From Felis catus (taxonomy: Eukaryota), in the NCBI RefSeq assembly GCF_018350175.1, contig NC_058383.1, positions 15,874,001-15,938,000 of the forward strand: a DNA stretch of 64,000 nt, read 5' to 3'. The position numbers and the translations under genes were made by a program. The notes below the pieces were generated by a model. That model searched no databases, was not told where the DNA came from, and saw nothing but the letters and a program-made list of their open reading frames with translations. Positions 51,430 through 64,000 of the stretch are shown here, piece after piece; positions within the stretch are counted from its first letter, which is position 1, and each line of letters opens with the position of its first letter.

Positions 51430-52392
51430 GACAATTTTTTTAAAGACATGAAACCCAAAGAATAGTCACAAATCCATACAGATATAAGTAAATAAATAAA
51501 TGGATGAGAAGGAACAATTGTTTGTTACAGAAGATTTCTATGTGTTAAATATGGAAGGAATGAGGGAAATAATCACCATTAGGCAATTGAACCACAGTAA
51601 TAATTACTGCAGGAAAGACCTACCAATGAATACTAAAATCAGTGGGCAAAAGCTTAAGGAGAAATATGATATTTGCATAGCCTCACAGCATCTTCCCCAA
51701 ATATTTATTAATACTGTGATAGTTTTAATATATATGTCCTCAAACTCTTTGATACCCTTCCCTTCAAGAGGTACCTTTCAATGGACTGGACTTGGTGACT
51801 CCTTTCTAATGAATACGAAGTATAAACAGAAAAACAGTAACTTTACAGTGGGGAAACCAGGCAGACACCACTGTAATCAAGTGATCTCAGTTAACAGTAC
51901 CAGTGACAAGACACTGATATCATGTACCCTGTATCACGCACTGAGCAGGGCACATCGCTTCTGTGGCATTCTTCCCCAAAAGCTGTAACTTCAGTTTGAT
52001 CATGAGAAAACCTCAAACAAACCAAAGCTGAAGGACATTCTATAGAAGACTTGCATTGGTACTCTTCAAAGTGTCAAGATCATGCATGGAAGATGAGGAA
52101 AGACTGAGGAAAGACTAAGGATCCGTTACAGATGGGAGGATATAAGGAGACATGCTAACATTTAACATGTTAAATACAAAATGGCATCCTGAATCAGATC
52201 CTTGAACAGAAAAAGGGCATTAATGGAAAAACTGAGAAAATCTGAATAAAATGTTTGTGTAATTTTCTTAGTTTTGATCATTGTACCATGGTTAAATAAA
52301 ATGTTAACATCAAGGAAACCTGGGGGAAGGACATATGGGAACTCTCAGCACCATCTTTATAACTTTTCTGTAAAATTATCTCAAAATAAAAG
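51430..52392 (+). mobile_element. L1MC3/4-like 3' UTR
   Basis: cagtaactttacagtgg.gaaaccaggcagacacca, gatcatgagaaaac.tca.acaaacc, atatgggaactctc motifs; ORF 51500..51988 is incidental. Confidence 0.7.
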
Positions 52393-53052
52393 GCTCTTAC
52401 TTTTTTTAAAAGAGAGAATCCCACCTAGACATAACTTCAAAGGAATTTCAAGCCTGAAAAGTAAACAGTAACCTCATAAGTTAAGAGTTTCTCTCAAGTT
52501 CAAAAATCTGGTTGGTCTCAGACTCCTCCACAACGACAAACAATAAGAGACCAAGTAATACCTACAGAGCCTTGACGACTGAAGGCTGAGCCCAATAACT
52601 CCATAGTCAGATGAGGGGTCATTCACATTAAAAACACGAGAAATACATTCTCAAGTATAAACAGTCTCAAAACCCTTAACACCACAATAACCTTCCTTAA
52701 GGTACCACATATTAAAAGCAAGAGCTTAATGAGTATGTAATAGAGTGGCAGTGAGCTTAGACTGATTTAAGCACGCAGAAGAGCACCTGACAGCTTGAAA
52801 TTTGGCTGTAAAACTAATTAGAAAGATTTCATTTTTTTTTTAAAGAGATGGATGAACGATACAATGTAAAAGAACATGAGTGAATAAATGAATGATGGGA
52901 TTTCAAACACATGATTAGATGAACAAAACCACACAGGGAGGAATGGGGACAAACGTACTAACCCCCCCTTAAATTCCTTAAAAGGGATTATGGTAACTTA
53001 ACCCAGGTTTAATTTTGTCTTTGAAAAGATAAAGATAATTAAAACTAAATCC

Positions 53053-55737
<2,685 letters not shown>

Positions 55738-55915
55738 TTGGCTAACCTCACCATTGGCCAAATTTCCTCCACTTGCATGAACAGAATAAAAACTGGGTTA
55801 GAGTAAAACTACTCAAATCAGTAAGAGTCAGTCATGATTTGGTGGCCAGTCATCCCTGGAATAAACCAACCCCTCAATGCTAGTTTCGGTAGCCCCTCGA
55901 CAAGCCTAGGCTTAC

Positions 55916-56014
55916 TTCATAGGTGATAGTATTCAAGTTCTGTTGCCCAGAATTGTGTTTGTTCTTTCCACTTTCTTTCCGTTGCTCTTTCAGATCAGTC
56001 AGTAACTGGAACAC
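55916..56014 (-). CDS. CRCP: CRCP coding exon 3 (99 bp): VFQLLTDLKEQRKESGKNKHNSGQQNLNTITYE
   Basis: tcccag|GTG TTC CAG ... ACC TAT GAA|gtaag; phase 0/0; peptide matches CRCP. Confidence 0.97.
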
Positions 56015-56077
56015 CTGGGAAGTGATAAAAGATTTTTATGAGTAAATGTGAGAAATGTATCTATTTCATGAGCAATG

Positions 56078-56981
56078 ATTTTTGAAAGTTTATTTTATTT
56101 ATTTATTTATTTTGAGAGAGAGGGAGCAAGCAAGCAGGGGAGGGGCATACAGAGGATCCCAAGAAGGCTCCACACTGTCAGAGCAGAGCCCAATTCAGGG
56201 CTCAAACTCACGAAACATGAGATCACAATCCAAGCCAAAACCAACAAGAGTCGGAAGCTTAACGGACTGAGCCACCCAGGCACCCCTTAAGGTCAATGAT
56301 TCTGAAGGATAAACAGAATAGTACGTCTTTTCTTTCAAACCCTCCCCTTAACTCTTTATTAGAGCAAATATGAGTCTGAGAAGCATCTGACATTTTAAAA
56401 ATGCTTTTATCTAAGTCAAGTAATCCAAATTCATTAGTTTACTGAAATATTTCAAATGTTTCCTTATTAATATACACCATATCACTAATTTCCTCTGATC
56501 TCAAAAATATATTAATATTTGAAAGTAAACTTTCCTAAAATATGATATCTCAATAGATGTAGACAACGAATTTTCTAAAATTCAACATCCAGGGCACCTG
56601 GGTTGCTCAGTTGGTTGAGCATCTGACTTCAACTCATGTCATGATCTTTGGTTTTTGAGTTCAAGCCCCACATTGGGCCCACCGCTATTAGCACAGAGCT
56701 CACTTGTGGATCCTCTATTCCCCTCTCACTCTGCCTCTCCCCCACTCACACTCTCAAAAATAAAAATGACACATTAAAAAAAATTATTTTAACATCGATT
56801 TATGATAAAAACTCTCAAAACAGTGGGTAGAGAGGGAACATACCCAATGTGTAAAGGCCATATGTGACAAGCCCTAAGTTAACATCATACTGAACAGTGA
56901 AAAGCTGAAAGCTTTTCCTATAAGATCAGGAAGAAGTCAAAGATGCCACTCTTGCCCCTTTTATTTTTTTAAATGTTTATT

Positions 56982-57016
<35 letters not shown>

Positions 57017-59140
57017 ATAAGAGGGTGAGGGGCAGGAAGAGGGAGACACAGAATCCAAAGCAGGCTCTAGGTTCCAAACTGTCAGCATAGAGCCCGATAT
57101 GGGGCCTGAACTCACAAACCGCAAGATCATGACCTGAACCAAAGTCGGATGCTCAACTGACTGAGCCACCCAGGTGCCCCACTCTTGCTCCTTTTATTCA
57201 ACACAGTATTGGAAGTCCTTGCTAGAGCAATTAGGCAAGAAAATAAATAAAAGGCAGCCAAATTGGAAAGAAAGTGGTAAAGCTGTCACTATTTGCAGAT
57301 GACAGGATACTATATATAGAAAACCCTAAAGACTCTACCAAAAAACTGAACTAAAAATAAATTCAGTAAAGTTACAGCATACAAAATCAATATACAGAAA
57401 TCTATTGCATGTATACATAATAATGAACTACCAGAAAGAAGCAATCTGTAGCAATCTACAGATTCAGTGCAATCCCTATCAAAATTCCAATGGCATTTTT
57501 CACAGAAATAGAACAATCCTAAACTTTCATGGAACCACAGAAGACCCTGAATGGTCAAAGCAATCTTGAGAAAGAAGAGCTAAGCTGGAGGCATCATGCT
57601 TCCTGATTTCAAATTATATTACAAAGCCACGGAAATCAAAACAGTATTGTTACTGGCATAAAAACAGACATATAAATCAATGGAATAGAACAGTGTGTCC
57701 AGAAGTAAACTCACACGTATGTGGTTACTTAATTTTTTTTTAAGTTTATTTATTTTCAGAGAGAGCGCAAAAGGGAGAAGCAGAGAGAGAGGGAGAGAGT
57801 GAGAATTCCAAGCAGGCTCTTCATTGTCAGCTCAGAGCCTGGCAAGGGGCTTGAACTCACCAATCACAAGATCATGACCTGAGCTGAAAACAAGAGCAAG
57901 ACACTCAACTGACTGAGCCACCCAGGCATCCCTGTGGTTAATTTTTGACAAAGAAGCCAAGAATATACAATGGGGAAAAGACAGCCTCTTCAATAAATGG
58001 TTCTGGGATGGGGAGCCTGGGTGGTTCAGTGGGTTAAGAGTCAGACTCTTGGAGTTCGAGCCCCACATTGGGCTCTGCGCTGACATCATGGAGTCTGCTT
58101 GGGATTCTGTCTCCCTCTCTCTCTCTGCACCTCTCCCACTTGTTCTCTATCTCTCAAAATAAATAAAAATAAACTTAAAAAAAAAAGATATTGCCTTAAG
58201 GATTAAATGGTATCCATTCATATTTAAAAAATAAAAAAAAAAAAGGTACTGGAAAAACTGGTCAAAAGGAAGAGAATGAAAGTAGACCACTACCACATAA
58301 CCACACAGAAAAATTAAATGGATTCAAAATTCTTCAAATGGATTCAATTCTTCAAAATGGATTGAAGAATTGAATGTAAGACCTGAAGCCATAAAGCTCC
58401 TACAAAAAACAAAGGAGGTAAGTTCCTTGAAATCAGTCTTGGTGATGATTTTTTTTTAAACACCAAAAGCAAAGGCAACAAAAGCAAAAATAAAAAAGTA
58501 GGACTATATCAAACTAAAAGACACAGCAAAGGAAACCATCAGCAAAATGAACAGACAACTTACTAGATGAGAAAATATCTGCAAATCACTTATCTGATAA
58601 AAAGTTAATATCCAAAATATATAAAGAACTTATACCCAAAAACCAATCTGATTAAAAAATGGGCAGGGGACCAGAACAGACAATTTTCAAAAGAAGATAT
58701 ATGGATGGCCAACAGACACATAAAAAAGATGCAAAATCACTAGTCATCAGGGAAATGCAAATCAAAAAATATCAAATGAACTATCACTTAACACCTGTTA
58801 AAATGGCTAATACCAAAGAGACAAGAAAGAGTAAGTATTGGCAAGAATGTGAAGAAAAGGAAACCCGTGTGCACTGTTGGTAGGAATGTAATTTCGTTCA
58901 GTCACTATAGAAAACAGTATGGAGGTTCCTCAAAAAGTTCCTCAAATAGGGGCGTCTGGGTGGCTCAGTTGGTTGAGCATCCAACTCTTGATACCGGCTC
59001 AGGTCATGATCTTGGTTTGTGAAACTGAACCCCGCAACAGACTCCATGCTAACAGTGCAGAGACTGCTTGGGATTCTCTCTTTCTCCTTCTGCCCTTCCC
59101 CTTCCCCCTCTTTCTCAAAATAAATAAATAAACCAAAAAA
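56078..59140. repeat. Six CanSINEs in CRCP intron 2 (56078-56286 minus, 56591-56790 plus, 56960-57180 minus, 57732-57932 minus, 58010-58190 plus, 58948-59140 plus)
   Basis: SINE heads and tails, several with TSDs, mostly interrupting L1. Confidence 0.82.
56540..58947 (+). mobile_element. L1 ORF2 fragments (L1MA/carnivore type), interrupted by several SINEs
   Basis: ctatttgcagatgacaggatactatatatagaaaaccctaaagactc, gacagcctcttcaataaatggt, tcatcagggaaatgcaaatcaaaa motifs. Confidence 0.8.
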
Positions 59141-59353
59141 AAATTTTTTTTGCACTAAGTTTTTAAAAAAAACAGGATTCTGCTTCAATAAAATGAAAAT
59201 CTACTAAATTTATACCTGAAAAAGAAAAATTATGAGGCAAGAGTTAAATACAAATTTTACCAAAAAATAAAAAAATAAAAAAAAATAATGCTATAGAACG
59301 TTGGAAGTAAACTCTCCGACAAGGGAAAAACGTGTGTTAGTGCTGAGGAGCAT

Positions 59354-59376
59354 GGGGGGGGGGGGGGGGGGGGGGG
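59354..59376. repeat. Poly(G) run of 23 nt
   Basis: Direct reading. Confidence 0.9.
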
Positions 59377-60414
59377 AGATATAGCTTTCCTGTTTTAAAG
59401 ATTACGCCAGAGAACTGAGGGAAGTATAGGCTCATAGAGCATACTACATACAATGCAACCTGTCATTATTTTTTCAGCAATAGTGTCATGAGCTCCAATT
59501 AATGCAATGTTTCCCCAATGGATAAAACACCCAAATACCCAGCAGAATCCAAACTGGACAAGGAAGTTCCTAAAAGCCGATGGCTTGACTCACAACCATC
59601 TCCTCCCTATTATTAGTAGCAACAACTTAAGGAAGGAGTATGGCCAACTGTGTTAATTCCACTATCTTCTATCTTCTATATCACACAATGGAAACTCCAA
59701 TCTCCTAGAGTTTTCATGAATTGATATTCTAGAAAATGAAAACTTGACCGTGAATGTATCAATCGTTCTTTCTACACCCAGAGTTAACCTATCAGATGTA
59801 CCAAACAAGACACAGGCAAAATAGAAGGTAGGCAAAAATAAATAATGTTATTATCTTCCCTCTCACCAACTTTTTTCCTTTTTTCCTCCCTTTCTTCAGC
59901 AACCCAACCCTCAAGTCCCCAGATTTCAAATCTTTTAGTTCCTACTAAATTATTCATAATGGTGCATCAACTAAGCACTCATCTTCAGTATGGTGTTAAT
60001 ACTTATGAGACTATTATGGGGATCAAAATAATAACATAAAAGCATTTTATAGGCAAAAAGTGGTAATTAGGAAAAGGCATTAAGTATTTCAATGGAAAAC
60101 TTTCACAGACAGAAAACAGTTCCGAATAGATGCTTCCATCCCATAAAGGCATATAAAATGAAAATCTAAAATCTTTGGGATTTGGGGAAGGTTGCCTACT
60201 ATAAAGTCTTCCCAGCTTCCCTGAATTACTATGTATAATTTACCAAGCTTATAATAATTCCAAGGTCCACCAGATGGTGCCATCTGTCCTATTTTAAAGT
60301 GGAAAATCCAAATGAATTCAGTCATTTTTAATTAAAACTAATTCAATAATCTTCAGAAGCAGAGGACAAACTACCAAAGAGGAAACTACAATAGTTTATT
60401 TCAAAGCTATTTAC

Positions 60415-60451
60415 CTCATAATTACTGAGCAGAGCAGAATTGGCATCCTTC
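60415..60451 (-). CDS. CRCP: CRCP coding exon 2 (37 bp): (V)KDANSALLSNYE
   Basis: Minus strand tttttgcag|G AAG GAT GCC AAT TCT GCT CTG CTC AGT AAT TAT GAG|gtaaa. Peptide matches the recalled N-terminus of mammalian CRCP/RPC9 (MEVKDANSALLSNYE). It needs an 8-nt coding exon 1 upstream, which I did not find in the window. Confidence 0.96.
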
Positions 60452-61204
60452 CTGCAAAAATAAAGTAAATTGTTGTCAGTCTGGGCACACATTCCTTTGT
60501 GGAAATTAAATATCTGTAAAATACCTGTCAAGATTCAGTAGTCCACTTCAGGAATTTAGGGACTATAAACCTAAAATTGAGAATGTCCTAAGTCCTACTG
60601 GTTTAGCTGGCAATGAACAATTTCAGAGCAAACTTCCCTCTTTACAGCCACAGTATATCACATATCCATTACTAAGTAGGTGATCAAAACACAATGCTTA
60701 CCCTTAGTCTACATAGGCAGAAGTTAAGTCAGTCATCTGGGAGAGAAGTTAATTGCGGGAAGAACATGGGGCAAAACCAGAGGGTTGGAAAGGGGTGTCA
60801 ATGAACAGTGAGGGTGCTAGAATTAACTGGAGAAACAGTGCTGTCTCATCCCACAGCCGCGTCCTTTCCCCAGTACCATCTAACTCCCACCAGTTATCAA
60901 CATCTTGGGCAGGCAAGTCCTCCTGCTGAATCCCCAGAAATGGAATCATTAACACTAACATCGCTGCTGGGAATCCCAGCAATGTCAGGAATCCTGCTAG
61001 ATATCCACAAAGGTGTTCAACTTCTGTATCAATTCAACAAGTAGAGTTCATGTGTCAAGTAGTGGTCAAAAGCGTGGTACCCCTGTGATCAAGGCAAAAT
61101 GTCATCTTTCATGTATGAGTGAGCACAGCAATGTGACTTGTATTCAATTAAAATCAAGCCATTCTACAATACCACATCAGAAGTATTTACTGTTTTTAAC
61201 AGTC

Positions 61205-61640
61205 CAGAGGCAGCACAGTGTGATAAGAACACAGTTATGAAACCTGAAAAATCTGGGTTCACATTCTAGCTTTGACACTTATAAGGTGTGGGAGTTTTAG
61301 GGAGTTTATTAACTCTCCTAAGCTTCCCCATTTAAAATAAAAAATGGGGCTAAACTAGTACCTAGAAGTACAGCCTGGATTCTAAACCCAGCTCCACCAA
61401 ACATTAGAGCTCTGTGAATTTAGGCAAATTACTTAACCTCTTTGTGCTTAAATTTCCTCACCCATAAAATGACAATTATAGTACTAACCACATGAGATTA
61501 TTTACAGGATTAAACTGAAATATGTAAAGTACTAGAACACAGTAAGTACTCAAAATGCCATCTATTACCACTGCCTGTGTTACAACCATAACTTCTTCCT
61601 ACCTCACAGAGCTATTAGGAGGATGAAACGAGACAACAAA
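61205..61640 (+). mobile_element. Nested MIR elements
   Basis: ctgggttcacattctagct, ggcaaattacttaacctctttgtgctt.a.tttcctca.c.ataaaatg, cctacctcacagagct.tt.ggaggat.aaa.gaga. Confidence 0.65.
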
Positions 61641-61788
61641 TTTTTGAAGTGTAGCCTCATTCCTGGTATTAAGATCCTCCTTAGTGGAAGGTTATTAGTT
61701 TTTAAAGATACTACTTCACTGAATTCTCATTAAAAACCCTGTGATGTAGGAATTATTAGGACTCCTTCTTTATAAATGATGAAATTGA

Positions 61789-62012
61789 GGGGCTCCTGGG
61801 TGGCTCAGTCGGTTAAGCGTCCGACTTCGGCTCAGGTCATGATCTCGCGGTCTGTGAGTTCAAGCCCCGCGTCGGGCTCTGTGCTGACAGCTCAGAGCCT
61901 GGAGCCTGTTTCAGATTCTGTGTCTCCCTCTCTCTGACCCTCCCCCGTTCATGCTCTGTCTCTCTCTGTCTCAAAAATAAAAAAACATTAAAAAAAATTA
62001 AAAGAAAAAAAG
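61789..62012 (+). repeat. Young SINEC_Fc
   Basis: Near-identical to 21679-21909 and 62506-62710. Confidence 0.92.
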
Positions 62013-62505
62013 AAAAATGAGACTGGACAAACAGAAATCGGTAATGCAGAATCCTAAAAATTCAGGAGGAAGAAAAAAAAAATTCAGGAGGATGTCTGGA
62101 CTTGACATAATGTATAATAAAGACTACAGTTTGTTACTAAACCAGGAGCAGAGCTGTGTAATGAAAATGCTCACATAAAATTTCAAAAACGTGGGCCAAA
62201 GAGGTGGGTGATTTCCCTAGTCAATCAATAACGGAAAACGAGCAGGTGGCTACCATAAGGGTCTGACCTGGGACTTTGGTCAGCAGCACAGTGACGTCAG
62301 CTCTAATCAAGTCAACATGTGAACCTTACCAAATGCTACTGGTCATTCAACAAATAGCTGAGATTTCACAAAAAGTGTTGCTTTGCCCAAATAACCACAA
62401 TTGCACTCAGGTCACAAAGAATATCATACTGAAAAGTAATCTAACATAGGAAGGATATGCAGAATCAGTGTATATGATATGCTTTACTTAAAACTGAAAA
62501 TGACA

Positions 62506-62710
62506 GGGGCACCTGGGTGGCTCAGTCGGTTAAGCGGCCGACTTCGGCTCGGATCATGATCTCGCGGTCCGTGAGTTCGAGCCCCGCGTCGGGCTCTGTG
62601 CTGACAGCTCAGAGCCTGGAGCCTGTTTCAGATTCTGTGTCTCCCTCTCTCTGACCCTCCCCCGTTCATGCTCTGTCTCTCTCTGTCTCAAAAATAAACG
62701 TTAAAAAAAA
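62506..62710 (+). repeat. Young SINEC_Fc
   Basis: TSD aaaactgaaaatgaca at 62490-62505 and 62711-62726. Confidence 0.93.
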
Positions 62711-63419
62711 AAAACTGAAAATGACAAGTGAAACCACATGTCATCTTTGCCTACTCAATCAAGAAGTCAGCCCACTAGGCTTTTTCCTATCTTTGCTTGA
62801 AATTGAGTTAAAACTCCCTGTTTGTCCTAAAATACACTGTAACTAAGAGATCCCTTGCTGGAACAGACTGGAAAATAATACAAATGTTATTTTTCCTCAA
62901 GGCTAAGGGGTCAGGTGTCACTGTTACAACTTCACTTCCAAATCATGGCCTCTCCTCTGTCATGGAGAATATCCCATGCCTTGGGAAATTTGTCCTTGGC
63001 TATTCCAAGTTATTGCCCCACTGCCTGAGCTGATATTGTTAACGCAAGAAGCCAAAGAACATCATTTGTCTTTACTAAAACCAATATACAAAGGAGAGAC
63101 ACTCTCTTGTACATGTGTTTTAATGAACCTGTGTTTGGGGGCCAGGAGAACAATGGATGTTTAAACAAGTACCACATCTTAGAGATTCTGGTTGGCAGAA
63201 GCTGACTTACTAATTTATTCTTATATTAGGAAGATAAATAATTTTTTTACCCAGTAAATACTAATAGAGTAAATGCCAATATGTGCTGGGCTTTCCTTTA
63301 TTCAATTAAAATGTCAATGGGCATAATAACATCTACCTTTTATAAAACGGACTATGTTCATTTCAATTCCTGAATGAAATGTATATATTGATAAATTTTT
63401 TAAAAACAGCTTTTATCCT

Positions 63420-64000
63420 ACTATAACCACCACTAAGTGGCAGGTTGCTGGGACCAGGGTATGGCAAGACTGGACAGACATCAACTAAATCAAATGATCT
63501 AATTTAATAGCACCAATGATGATGTGATGCACTGAGAAAGACACATCCCTTACAGCAACCCTGTCAAAGAATTTTTAATTTGAATCCAGTCATGAGGATA
63601 TAACCAGACAAATCCAAGTTAAGGAACATACTTTAAAACAAATGGTTCAGACTCTTCAAATATCAATGTCATTTGTAACAATGTCAGTGTCACAAAAACA
63701 AGTTAGGAAACTTCTTTTTTTTTTTTTAATTTTTTTTTTCAACGTTTTTATTTATTTTTGGGACAGAGAGAGACAGAGCATGAACGGGGGAGGGGCAGAG
63801 AGAGAGGGAGACACAGAATCGGAAGCAGGCTCCAGGCTCTGAGCCATCAGCCCAGAGCCCAACGTGGGGCTCGAACTCACGGACCGCGAGATCGTGACCT
63901 GGCTGAAGTCGGACGCTTAACCGGCTGCGCCACCCAGGCGCCCCAAGTTAGGAAACTTCTTAAAGGAGATTAAAGAACTATGACAACTACAAGTTGTATC
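63420..64000 (+). mobile_element. L1ME/MC-like 3' UTR fragment
   Basis: catgagga.ataaccagacaaatccaagttaagg.acat..t..aaaaca.atggt.cagactcttcaaa motif. Confidence 0.55.
63717..63944 (-). repeat. Very young SINEC_Fc
   Basis: TSD aagttaggaaacttctt at 63700-63716 and 63945-63961. Confidence 0.94.

Noticed and set aside
51500..51988. 162-aa ORF
   Set aside because: Lies in an old L1MC 3' UTR; no recognisable protein features.
60452..64000. CRCP exon 1 or promoter within the window
   Set aside because: No CpG island and no convincing ATG GAA GT|gt exon seen; CpG-rich patches here are young SINEs.

Overview
Felid (cat-type) nuclear DNA, judged from roughly 45 tRNA-derived CanSINE/SINEC_Fc-type elements and felid L1s. 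The only intact gene is CRCP (CGRP receptor component, the RNA polymerase III subunit RPC9/C17) on the minus strand. Coding exons 2-6 are at 60415-60451, 55916-56014, 50617-50711, 28994-29051 and 23604-23750, all with GT-AG sites and consistent phases. The 3' UTR runs to about 22100; exon 1 (ATG GAA GT) appears to lie beyond position 64000. There are two processed pseudogenes in the same sense as CRCP: PFDN1 just downstream of the CRCP poly(A) site, and DAZAP2 in intron 4. Intron 4 also holds a ~2.2 kb env-only class I ERV provirus (ERV3-1-like env, no gag/pol) with what looks like APOBEC3-type G-to-A hypermutation, nested in a ~6 kb block that interrupts an old L1. The rest is L1, L2, MIR, MER and LTR repeats plus microsatellites. 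I see no convincing wholly new biological system. The best leads are the env-only hypermutated ERV, two L1 3' fragments with nearly identical 5' breakpoints, a candidate L1 3' transduction with a long TSD, and the PFDN1 retrocopy positioned for CRCP read-through. Family and protein identifications are from recalled sequences, not database searches. Repeat boundaries without TSDs are approximate.
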